DNA of 64,000 nt from Penicillus capitatus (taxonomy: Eukaryota > Plantae > Chlorophyta). This document shows positions 51,065 to 62,600 of this stretch, one piece after another. A program made the translations under genes and the position numbers. The notes under the pieces were generated by a model. It was given only the letters and a program-made list of their open reading frames with translations. It made no database searches and had not been told where the DNA came from. Positions within the stretch are counted from its first letter, which is position 1; every line of letters begins with the position of its first letter. Location of the stretch: assembly GCA_965649825.1 (NCBI GenBank), contig OZ287701.1, forward strand, positions 547,101 to 611,100, given 5' to 3'.

Positions 51065-54000
51065 TTGTCCCGTCATGCTCGCCGTGCAAGAACGCGCTAC
51101 ATGCCTGCCATCTTGGCTGTCAGCACAATCGGACCTTACGCCGAAGCCGACTGCTTAACGCTTGTTGTACGGAGAGGTTACCTAGATGCCGAAGACTTTC
51201 GACGAGGAGACGAGGGAAGACCTCGGCGACTCACTCGACACCAAGAAAGAGACCCCCTTGCGGCTGCAGCTCCTGGTGAAGACAACAAGAAATCTTCGCT
51301 GTTAAGAGTTGGAGTACGTCGACAGGAAACGTTGAAGGCTCTCAGGAATGATGACGAATCCACAGTGGGGGTTGGCTTTGTCGGAGAACTGTCGACAAAT
51401 GCGACATACTACGATGACAAGGCGAAACGTGATTATCTTGTACAGGGCTCGACACTTCTTCACTGGGCAGCGGCTTTCAATGCCCGCCGAAGTGTTGAGG
51501 TTGGTCGCTCCTCGAGCGGGGGGAGTGTTCCCTCGTCGGTGTCGGTGTCTGTGCATGGCTCACAGTGGATGTCTTCAGGTTCTCAAAGCGAAGAATGGTG
51601 ATATTGGCAGAAAGAACAAAGACCATCTGACTCCGTTGCACATTGCAGCGAGATATGGTTCGGAACTGGTGGTCAAGGTGAGCAGTACACACAGCCCGAG
51701 TTTCTTACTGTGCTAACACAAACGGCAACTGTGGGCGAATTGCTGCGAAGCAGTTTTCTTTGCTTTCTGCTTCGGAAGACAATAAAGTGACCAGAACCGT
51801 CGCATAGTCATTGCCTATATCTGCCATTTTTGTCTTTCTGTGGAAATCCTAGATAGAAAACGGTGCCTGCTTTAGGCTCTGTTAGATTTCGGGGTCGACA
51901 TCGATGCTGTTAGCATCAAAGGAGAGACGCCACTGAGCCTGTCGTCGAACAACGGACACCTCGACGTCACTAAGGTAACCCATGTGCCAGTATGCTGACG
52001 ACTTCTCATACACATGTGGACTACAGATTCTCTTGGAGAAGGGAGCGAACCCTGACTCTTCGGACAGGAACCATGAAACCCCTGCACACAAAGCCGCAGT
52101 TTCTGGACATGCCGAGGTCGTCAAGGTAACGTCTAGCTCTGTCTATGACCTGCTGCACACCATCGTGTCATCGACAGGCACTCATCGAAGCTGGAGCGCG
52201 TATCGAGGCGAGGGATCTCTATGGACAAACGCCTTTGCACGTGGCGGCGAATCAAGGACGAAAGGATATCGTCGAGGTCAGTCAGTCCGTCTTCTCCCCC
52301 AAGTTGATCATCAAATGCCATCGAGAACAGATGTTGATCGGTCTACGAGCCCATGTCGAGGCCATTCGGGAGGACGGGTGGACTGCATTGCACGTCGCAG
52401 CAGAGAACGGACATGCAGAAATCGTGCAGGCGACAGCACCGTTTCGCGATTCACGAACTTACAGATGGACGGTGTAGGTGCTTGTTACCAACGGGGCGGA
52501 TGTGAATGCAAGGAACAACGAAGAACAGACACCACTGCTCATCGCCTCGGCGTCTGGACAGCTGAATGTCGCGAGAGTACTAAACCTCGACCCCTGCTCC
52601 TCTCTTTCATGTGAAAGGTGTTCAGATGCTCGTCGAAAATGCAGCAGATAAGGAAATGGCCGATGCAAATGGATGGACGCCGTTGCTCGTAGCGGCAGAC
52701 GAAAAGCAGTTCGAGATTATGAAAGTGAGTTCCTCGTGCCCAGAGATCTGTTGGACGCTCATCGTCGATTAGTTGCTCATCGATGTGAACGTCAACATGA
52801 ACGAGGCGACGACCACAGGATGGACACCTCTCCTCGTTTCGTCGGTAAACGGCGATGCAGAGGCCGTCGATGTGAGTGGAGTTGTGTCCTGTATCTGCTC
52901 TGATGTGTCGCCGTCAGTGGCTGCTAGATCACGGAGTGAAAATAAATGCCGTCGACAAAAATGGAGTGACGGCTTTGCACAAGGCGGCACAGTTCGGAAG
53001 TGTAGAAGTAGTGGAGGTGCGTTTTCCGCCGACAGTTAACATATAAGGTCGGGCTGTCTGACAAGATGCTTATCAGCAGAGGGGCAAAGGTTTTGGCGGT
53101 CGACGTGGAAGGACAAACAGCGCTGCATTGTGCATGTTTTTACGGCAAGCTAGAGGTTGTCAAGGTGCGCCCGTTTGCCTCGTGATGCGTCATGCAAAGC
53201 AAAGCTATCATAGGCGCTTGCAACTGAGGACAGTGTAAACGTCGTCGTTGATGATGGCAATCTTCTGGAGTATCATAAAGAGCGAGATCGTTTATGCTCG
53301 GAGGTGAATGGTATGTCGATTCTCCTCTTCTGAAAGTGTTTTGCAGCTATGGATCTCCTCGTCTTTCTGTGCATTCATACGGCCACGCAACGGAATGACG
53401 CCATTGTACATAGCTGTTACAAGGTGATACCATGACCTCGTAAAGGTGCATCTCACTGAAGCTTGTGCAATACTCTAATGAGATCAACAGGAACTCTTAA
53501 AAAGAGGCGCAGATCCAAACGTCGGCAATGACTACGGCTGGTCTCCAGTGTTTTACGCAGCAGAGAAAGGTCTTACGGATGTCGCGAAGGTGAGCTTGAG
53601 AAGCATCTCGCAGATTCTTGGCCTGAGCACAAGTTTCCTCAGGCTCCTCTCGATGCCGGCGCCAATGTCGACGCTAGTGACGAAGAAGGGAACAAACCGC
53701 TTCACTCAGCTGATGGAAATGTTACCGCGGAGATGGTCAAGGTGAGCACCAAACACGTTGCTATGCACGGTGCTTGACCAGTTGTGCTGTCAGGTTCTCC
53801 TGGACGCCGGAGCGAAGGCCGACGTTGTCGGCTTTTTCGGATCGACACCCCTTCACCTCGCTGTTAGCAATGGCAATACAGAGATCTTCAAGGTGAGCAC
53901 ACCGAATACGTTTCTTTCATTTCGCTCAACCAGTCTACACTTAGGTTCTCCTGGGCGGCGCAGCTAACGTAAACGCCGCGAATGAAAAAGGACGCACATC

Positions 54001-54229
54001 GCTTCATATCGCCGCAGAAGATGGCGAGATAGAGATCGTCATGGTAAACACCAGATACGTTATTTCTCATTTCGCTCGACCGGCCTTGCTTCAGGTTCTT
54101 CTGGACACCGGGGCATCCAAGTTAATCACCGTAAAGGGTAAAATACCTTTGGATCTCATTGGCACAAAAGCTAGCACACCTTGTCCCAAAGATGTTCGGT
54201 CTAAGCTCGAAGACTTGTTGGCCCCTTGA
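51065..54229 (+). CDS. Ankyrin-repeat protein, about 17 repeats in 18 exons; one exon has an in-frame TGA; true start uncertain
   Basis: Successive exons translate to TPLHIAARYG, TPAHKAAVSGH, TPLHVAANQG, TALHVAAENGH, TPLHLAVSNGN etc. Phase-0 introns; terminal stop TGA 54227-54229. Confidence 0.9.
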
Positions 54230-56543
54230 ATCTTTTGCTCTAGTTCTAGCAGTTTTTCATCCCTCTAGTGCCATTCTGTTTTCTTCTTCAAGATGCCTGT
54301 TGCGGAGAGGGGAATAATGTCTGTAATCTGTTCGGGCGGGTTGTGTGACTGTGGGTGCGCCGCATCTGCCATTCTTGGTAGAGAGGTTTTGAGACATCTA
54401 TGGCCTGTTCCTTTTCCTGCCTGCGACTCCAGACGAACTGCTTGACTCTCTAAACATTCTTCTACAGATCCTCATCAAATGAGGAGCTTTCGGTGCATTT
54501 GCGCCAATACAAACATACAGCAGCTCTCGATTTGCAATCCTCTTTCTCGGCAGTCTAGTCGGGAAGGATCGGATTCGTAAGAAAACTGCTGATTGGGTTG
54601 TCTGCATCCAAACAGATTTGTAAACAAATGAGAGAGCTTCCTAGACCGTTGCCTTCCTAGACCGTTGCACTTGTCTGTCTCAGAACACCATCGTAATCGA
54701 CGCGCAATAAGTATTCATCCAGCCACTAATCGGTCTACGTCTCTGCGGACAGAACGTTCGATTTCGCGAATGGTAAAAAACTGTCCACCGAAGTTCGGAC
54801 TTTGCTCGGATTCAGAGGATGACGCTGTGTTGCATCCTGGATTGCATGTCGTCAGTTGAAAGGAAGACCTTTCCGTCAGCTACGTGCATGTTGGCAGAGA
54901 TATGTGTGCCCCGCTGAAACTGCGAAACCGTCGATGGGATCGCACATATGATCTGGTCTCGTTCTCGATCGTCCACCGTTTCGCTTTCTCGTCGCTTGCG
55001 CGTCTTTGAGCTGCAGTCAAAACGACTGCGCGATCATCGCCGGCATCTGTCTCTCCCCCAGAAGCGCGTCGCAATAGTACGGCCATTGCGCACCGTGGAT
55101 CTTAGTTTCGGATAAGGGTCCTGATACAGGCTCCATATGCGGCCTTTCGGCCAAAGCGGTTGACACGTCGCTTTCTCATTGTGGACACTCTGCGTTTACA
55201 GACAGAAGTTTGGAATGCGATCGTTGGCGTCTTAACACGACAGAGATCCAATGGGTCATTCACGAAATCACTGATCGCGATAACATGAAGTTCTGCAGCT
55301 GTACGCGTTGCATGGACAACACGGTCGAACCCGCGTCCGTCTCGATCGTCCGGTATCCGTCTGGCCGCATGGACACCGCATGACATCCCAGGTTCTGATC
55401 AGCAAGGTAGCCGAGAGAATGCGATTCGAGATACAGACACGGGAGAAGCACGTGAGTGGTTTCTCGACTGTACTCGAGACACACCTATGCACCTGTTTCG
55501 AGACGGCGGGTGGTTCCGGGGTGTTCGATAAACGATTCTATGAGAGCGAGAGGCAACAAACGTCGAATCACGTATAGACACTGCAGATGTCGAGAGATCG
55601 GGGGGACTCGGTATCGACCAAGGACCGTACGTCGGCCGCGCGACGTCGTTCTCTCCGAGAATCTCGCTCTGTCAAGAGAGGAGGTTATCCGTGTTGTAGG
55701 ATCAGCGTCACCCGCTGCATCGCGATTCCGTCCAGTGAACCGTTTCAGTCAAAACAGAAGAATATTACGCGTATCGTTCGTTCACATCTCTCATCGCAAT
55801 CGCCAGAGCTATATGCATACACACAGGCCATGCGCGTCCTCTGTATCTGTGCCCATCCACACATCCTCCTGATCGTCGTTCCGTCAGAAGCAGTTCATCT
55901 GCATCGCAACATCGACTTCGACGACTTCGTCCGTGGCGACCTCGACACGCTCTCGAGACTTGCTCTGACTCGCCCCCCTGCATGATGTGCCGCGGATGAT
56001 GTGACATCTTTCGACATCGTCGTCTTACACTTCGTCGCGTCGAGTCTTCTTTCGGCGCTCCTCCCGGCCGTTCATCGTCTCGAGCGCATCTCCGATTCGC
56101 TGCAGGTCTCTCTACAGCGCATAGAACCGTTCGGCGATCCGCGACAAAACCAAGACGCCACGGTCAACGCCATCAACGCCCGGAGAGACGCGAAGGAACG
56201 CCGACGCCGTCGGCGAGTGTCGGCGGCGCGATGTTGGAGCATCCGACGACGCCCTCTCCATTCGGATGCGACGTGAACGAACATACACAACGACGATACC
56301 TGGACGTCTTCGTGTGTCGCCTGCATTTGAAAAAGGTGTTTGAAGTCGAACGGCAATCCCTTGGTCCCCTTCCGCGCGCGCGTTCGACTCTTCGTCATGA
56401 TCGCGAAACGCCGCTGTCGTTGATGACGTCACAGCGAAATACAATCGATCGCGTCCGAGACAAGAATCCAACAGCAGCGTCGTTGCGGTACGAAATGACA
56501 GGCGTCGACGTCGACATGGCCGACCGTAGATGACGTCCATCTA

Positions 56544-57068
56544 TCAGCTCCATCGAACACCCACGAAGAACCCAGTGCAGAACGACCCCACGCTCGGAAT
56601 GCCCTGCACGCACAACGCTCGTGCACGTGTGATCGTGGCATGAGTCCCTTGCTTGGGCCAGCAGACGCAGGATGCTGGGCGAAGCGACTTGCAGATCGTC
56701 CTCGTCGAACTTTCCGTCCCCTGTCAGATCCAGCCTCTTCTCGATGACGTCCCAGTGAATGTCCACGACGCCAGCGTACACCAGACCCTTCGGACATCGA
56801 GATCTCTCTGTTTCGACGCGGAAGTTGACACCTGTAGGAGTATGAAACTGACGCCCACGGCGACGACTGCCTTCCTTTCGAGGTGCTTAAGCGCAGCGCC
56901 GCACGCGAAACCGATCATGCCACTCAGACCGACAGACGACAGAAGAGGACCGATCCAGTCCCAAGCTTCGTCCACCGCCTCGTCGACTTGATCCGCTTCG
57001 TCGACCGGATCCGTCTCGGCAGCTTCGACCGGACGACTACGAAAAGACGCATGGGCCACGCCCGCCAC
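56544..57068 (-). CDS. FUN14-family mitochondrial outer-membrane protein, 3 exons
   Basis: SGMIGFACGAALK..AVVAVGVSFILLQGLVYAGVVDIHWDVIEKRLDLTGDGKFD..GIPSVGSFCTGFFVG* after removing one GT-AG and one GC-AG intron (56604-56652). Confidence 0.8.
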
Positions 57069-57312
57069 AGACAGCCAGTGAAGACGCGAGGGACGACCAT
57101 TCGAATCTCCGTCTCCTCCACCGCCTTGGGATCACACGGTGATGAGGGAACGGCCAGGTTTAAGACGGCCTGTCTTTCGTCCCGGTCCCCGACCGCCGTT
57201 TCCTGATCCCAACGCTCCAAAGCGATGGCGATTCCTTCGCGGTCGAAGTCGTCGTCGTTTTGGACCGTCGGACAACAGACGTCCTGATGAGAGGAAGGGC
57301 GCGTTCGAGCAC

Positions 57313-57987
57313 ATGGTGCTGCTCCGAAACCGCGGTTATTTTTCGCCTGGATGGGCATTATTGTCTGTCACGGTCAAGGCAGCGAGGCCTTCGATTTGCA
57401 TCATTAGGCGCATCGTTCTGATTTCGCCATCTGCCTGCTATCAGAAGTTTCGCATCTTCCGTCTGCGTTTGTTTGTGCAGGTATTCCGTCTGCGAAAAAA
57501 ACGACGCGTTCGTCGTTGCCAGGAAACCAAAACCTCTCTTCATGAAGAATCGTGACATGCGCCGTCCGCAGAACATCGACGACAGCAGCGGCATGTCGCC
57601 GCGCATTGTGGAAACGCGCGACGGTTGTTTCTTCTGCGCGAAGCGCTTCGAAGGGCCAGGCAGAGTGGGCGACCCATGCGAATCCGTCAAGACGGTGAGG
57701 CCACTGACGCATTCGTTGCGCCGTCACGCCGAGCGTTTGGACTTTTCCAGTGTGTGCGTTCGCCGGCTTCCATCGGAGACGGGTCGACCGGAATCCGTAC
57801 GACGGAGCCGGTAGCAGACGCGGAGTGGATGTCTTTCCACGAGGGAAGCTTGCATGGGACGGACGCGGCCGACGGCGAGAGACGCAGACCGCCTCTTCGT
57901 GTCGAGGCGAGTGCCGACTGCGCGAAGCTTTTTTATCCGAGTCGCGTGTTCTCCATCAGGGCCTACGATCCGGAGAGTGCTCACTGA
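57313..57987 (+). CDS. Possible small 3-exon gene of unknown function
   Basis: Three ORF segments can be joined in frame (GC-AG intron 57408-57480; GT-AG intron ~57694-57749). No recognised motif. Confidence 0.3.
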
Positions 57988-59871
57988 GTCCGAGCCAAGT
58001 CAGCGTTTACGCAGTTACGAAAGTAACAATCCCTCTACCGAGGACTCATGTTTCGACGCGGCATTCGACAGATGTGGGATCCTGTCAGCGTCGCGAGGAC
58101 GTTTCCCTCGCTCCCGCCTCGTCATCGCCGCCACGGGGAGACGTCGTCAGGCATCTTCTTCAGAGGACACGGCCGTGAGCGGGCTCCCCGAATCAGATCG
58201 CATGTGCAGAGGAGCATGACAAGCGGGGACCATCCGTCGTTCCACTCGCGTGGATCCTCTTTCAGTCAGGCAGAACGGTCTCGCTCCCAGGCTCTCGGAG
58301 GCGACTGTGCAGAGGTGCTCACGTCTTCTCCCTGCTACAGCTTTCAGCCCTCTGCTCATGGAGTCTCCGAGGAAATCTGCGAGGTGGAGGTCGAGGCGCA
58401 TGGCCTCGTGCAGATCTTTCGGACGGGAAAGAAGTTCGCAGCGAGGAATCTGGAGCGAGTGGGACCGTTCTCCCGGAATCTTGACGGTCCCGCTCTACTG
58501 CAAGGGCTTCTGCGATCCGGGAGAGGCGACGAGAGACCTGGCCCGCCTGCCGCCGGGGGGCCGCACGTCATCGCGTTCACGTTCTGTCCGATCCGGCTCG
58601 CGGCGCGGAGAGACTCGTCTTCGTGGGCGATCTTGGTCTCAGAGGCGGCGGAGACAGAGACCCTCCGTCCGGCAGCGATTCGCCGGGACGCCGGGCTGCC
58701 TCCCGGTTTCGGCGGAGGAGGGACCATCGTCTGGTCGAGCCTTACATCGTTCGCTACTTTGTCGGGAGGAAGGACCAACTCAGCGAGATGATTGAAGCGT
58801 TCGAGTCGAGCGACGAGTCGCTTGTCGTCAGGGCGATCGTCGGCCCGGGCGGCATCGGGAAGACTCAGCTCGCGACACGGCTGTTCGACCTTTTCAGGGG
58901 AAAGCGCCACTACGACGGCGCGTTCTGGATACCTTCAAGCTCCAGAGAGACCCTCACTGCCACGTTCCTGCAAATCGCAGAGTATCTGAGAGTTCGCACC
59001 GACACCGAAACCCCGGAGCTCATCAAACGTGTTCGAGAAGAGCTCGGACGATCTCACTGTTTCTACGTCTTCGACGACGCTCTGAGTTTCGAACTGATAC
59101 GCGAGTACTTTCCTGCGACAAGCGGACATGTCATCGTAACGACGAGGGAGGCTGGAGGCGGAGACTGGGAGAACAACATGCTTCGACTGGGACCGTTCGA
59201 CGAAGACGAAGCTCGGATTCTGGCAGAGAGACTCGAATGCGGCAGGTCAATGCGGCCGAACGATCTAGACGACTTGATGGACCTGTTGTCTCGGATCCCG
59301 CTGGTCCTCGCTCAATTCTTCTCCGTGATGCGGGACGAAGAGAGGTCGAGCCCCGCCGAATGGGTGCAGCGTCTGCTGCGGTACGAAGTCACGGGACGAG
59401 AGGCCAAAGCGATAGAAGAGCTCTCAGCGACGCGAATCGGCGAAGAAGCGAGCGGAATGGTCTTCGTGTTCAACTGGAGCGTGCAGAGGATTTCGGAGGA
59501 ACCCAACGACCTCGGCCCCCGTTCGCTCGACATTCTCGCCAAGCTAGCGCTGCTCGATCCGAACGGTGTGCCCGTCGAGTGGATACACAAGTGGCACGAA
59601 TGTGGTGATGGACAGTCCGGGGAAAGAACGCAGAATGCCATAAGGATCCTTGAGCGCTTCTCTCACGTCGCGTGGGACACAAAGACGAATCAAATCTACA
59701 TCCACGCCGAGAGGCAACTTTTAGCGAGACACCTTCTCCTAAAGAGCGACGACAGTGTTTCCAGTCACGTTCGAGAATCCGAAGAACAGCACAAGAACGA
59801 GATCGGAGACCACGTGAAGACCATAGTGGATTCAATCGGACGATACATTGACGGGTGGAGAACGGACCGTT

Positions 59872-60172
59872 GTCGTGTTAAGGCGTAATGCTCACAATAA
59901 TGCGCTCATCTACCTACACTTGTATCAATCTCCAAGTGACAGGTCGTAGGTTCTCTATAGCTTCCCATCCAAAAATAGACCCGCGGCTATACGTCGCAGA
60001 TTCCAAGTAGATTCCGGAATCTGCGCAGAATATTCCTTTTTGTGACTTAATAAAGTACCCTATAAAAGCGTTGTAGATGTACTGATCTCGTCTTTCGTTT
60101 ATCAGACTTTACGTTTCAAAGGTTTACGTGCGCCCACCATTCAAATTGTCTCCATCTAAAACTCTACGCGAC
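59872..60172. mobile_element. 301-bp AT-rich insertion with a 6-bp target-site duplication (ACCGTT); MITE-like non-autonomous element
   Basis: ACCGTT at 59866-59871 and 60173-60178. Short imperfect terminal inverted repeat GTCGTGT...ACGCGAC. Removing the insert and one TSD copy restores the frame (WRTDR-SNQELWSSLARNG). Confidence 0.75.
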
Positions 60173-60339
60173 ACCGTTCGAACCAAGAACTTTGGTCCTC
60201 GCTCGCAAGAAACGGGTCGGCACTCCTGAAACACTGCGCGAGCTCGGAGGACACTGGCGTGGAAATAAAGTTACTCCAACACACAACACGGTCGTACAGA
60301 GAGATATGCATGTTTCAAGAATCGCTCACCAATGCTCAA

Positions 60340-62600
60340 AAAGCACTCGAGACGTGCGAGCGCCTTCACGGCGACGCAGATCATCCGGACACCGTCCAGT
60401 GCATCAAGAGCTAGGCCTTCGGACTCGACCGAACGGGGAGAATCAACGAAGCCGTGCCGCTCTACAAGAGGGCCCTCGACATGTGCGATCCCCTTCACGG
60501 CGACGCGGACCATCCGGACACCGTCGATTGCATCAAGATCTACGCCATCGGACTCGACCGAACAGGGAGAATCAACGAAGCCGTGCCGCCCCTTCACGGC
60601 GATGCGGACCATCCGGACACCGTCCAGTGCACCAAGAGCTACGCCATCGGACCGAACAAACGGGGAGAATCAACGAAGCCGTGTCGCTCTACAAGAGGGC
60701 CCTCGACATGTGCGAGCGCCTTCACGGCGACGCGGACCATCCGGACACCGTCCAGTGCATCAAGAGCTACGCCATCGGACTCGACCGAACGGGGAGAATC
60801 AACGAAGCCCTGTCGCTCAGAAAGAGGGCCCTCGACATGTGCGAGCGCCTTCACGGCGACGCGGACCATCCGGACACCGTCCAGTGCATCAAGAGCTACG
60901 CCATCGGACTCGACCGAACGGGGAGAATCAACGAAGCCGTGCCGCTATACAAGAGGGCCCTCGACATGTGCGAGCGCCTTCACGGCGACGCGGACCATCC
61001 GGACACCGTCCAGTGCATCAAGAGCTACGCCATCGGACTCGACCGAACGGGAAGAATCAACGAAGCCGTGCCGCTCTGCAAGATGGCCCTCGACATGTGC
61101 GAGCGTCTTCACGGCGACGCGGACCATCCGGACACCGTCCAGTGCATCAAGAGCTACGCCATCGGACTCGACCGAACGGGGAGAGACAACGAAGCCGTGC
61201 CGCTCTACAAGAGGGCCCTCGACATGTGCGAGCGCCTTTACGGCGACGCGGACCATCCGGACACCGTCCAGTGCATCAAGATCTACGCCATCGGACTCGA
61301 CCGAACGGGGAGAATCAACGAAGCCGTGCCACTCTTTAAGAGGGCCCTCGACATGTGCGAGCGCCTTCACACCGACGCGGACCATCCGGACACCGTCGAT
61401 TGCATCAAGAGCTACGCCGTCGGACTCGAACGAACGGGGAGAGACAACGAATCCCTGCCGTTTAGAAAGAGGGCCCTCGACATGTGCGAGCGTCTTCACG
61501 GCGACGCGGACCATCCGGACACCGTCGATAGCATCAAGATCTACGTCATCGGACTCGACCGAACGGGGAGAATCAACGAAGCCGTGCCGCTATACAAGAG
61601 GGCCCTCGACATGTGCGAGCGCCTTCACGGCGACGCGGACCATCCGGACACCGTCGAGTGCTTCAAGAGCTACGCCATCGGACTCGAACGAACGGGGAGA
61701 GACAACGAATCCCTGCCGTTTAGAAAGAGGGCCCTCGACATGTGCGAGCGTCTTCACGGCGACGCGGACCATCCGGACACCGTCGATTGCATCAAGATCT
61801 ACGCCATCGGACTCGACCGAACGGGGAGAATCAACGAAGCCGTGCCGCTATACAAGAGGGCCCTCGACATGTGCGAGCGCCTTCACGGCGACGCGGACCA
61901 TCCGGACACCGTCGAGTGCTTCAAGAGCTACGCCATCGGACTCGAACGAACGGGGAGAGACAACGAATCCCTGCCGTTTAGAAAGAGGGCCCTCGACATG
62001 TGCGAGCGTCTTCACGGCGACGCGGACCATCCGGACACCGTCGATTGCATCAAGATCTACGCCATCGGACTCGACCGAACGGGGAGAATCAACGAGGCCG
62101 TGCTGCTCGACAAGAGGGCCCTCGACATGTGCAAGCGCCTTCACGGCGACGCGGACCATCCGGACACCGTCGAGTGCTTCAAGAGCTACGCCATCGGACT
62201 CGAACGAACGGGGAGAATCAACCAAGCCTTGCCGCTCTACAGGAGGGCCCTCGACATGTGCGAGCGTCTTCACGGCGACGCGGACCATCCGGACACCGTT
62301 GAGTGCATCAAGAGCTACGCCGCCGGACTCGACCGAACGGGGAGAATCAACGAAGCCTTGCCGCTCTACAGGAGGGCCCTCGACATGTGCGAGCGTCTTC
62401 ACGGCGACGCGGACCATCCGGACACCGTTGAGTGCATCAAGAGCTACGCCGCCGGACTCGACCGAACGGGGAGAATCAACGAAGCCTTGCCGCTCTACAG
62501 GAGGGCCCTCGACATGTGCGAGCGCCTTCACGGCGACGCGGACCATCCGGACACCGTCGAGTGCATGCGCACTTATGCTGCTTGTTTGTCAAGAATCGGA
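60340..62600 (+). repeat. Coding tandem repeat, 129-nt unit (43-aa TPR): 15 intact units plus ~2.7 degenerate 5' units
   Basis: ttcacggcga recurs at 60721 and 60850 (period 129). Unit RINEAVPLYKRALDMCERLHGDADHPDTVQCIKSYAIGLDRTG. Confidence 0.97.

Larger units (their letters stand above)
39993..51345. repeat. Right arm of the inverted segmental duplication
   Basis: Reverse complement of 1..10818. It is about 535 bp longer, mainly because of a 585-nt in-frame block at ~46520-47104. Confidence 0.97.

Noticed and set aside
54636-54670. Short local tandem duplications (ttcctagaccgttgc x2; also gtgtgagaa x2 at ~17385 and tcactccgtccaa x2 at ~19125)
   Set aside because: Ordinary slippage duplications in non-coding DNA with no further structure.
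54880-56400. Possible minus-strand multi-exon gene
   Set aside because: Several GC-rich ORFs and splice-like sites are present, but no coherent frame or recognisable motif. Left unannotated; needs RNA-seq.
57990-58620. TIR-like or kinase-like N-terminal domain for the NLR (ILTVPLYCKGFCDP; VGDLGL)
   Set aside because: Only short motif look-alikes in different frames; I could not build a consistent model without a profile search.
60412-60414. TAG read as Gln under the non-canonical code of some ulvophytes
   Set aside because: The codon replaces Tyr (TAC), not Gln. Long conserved genes (chlH, eIF4G) have no internal TAA/TAG, and TAA/TAG act as terminators in several genes.
60340-62600. 129-bp repeats as a CRISPR array or satellite
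   Set aside because: There are no unique spacers; the period is a multiple of 3 and encodes a TPR; the context is eukaryotic.
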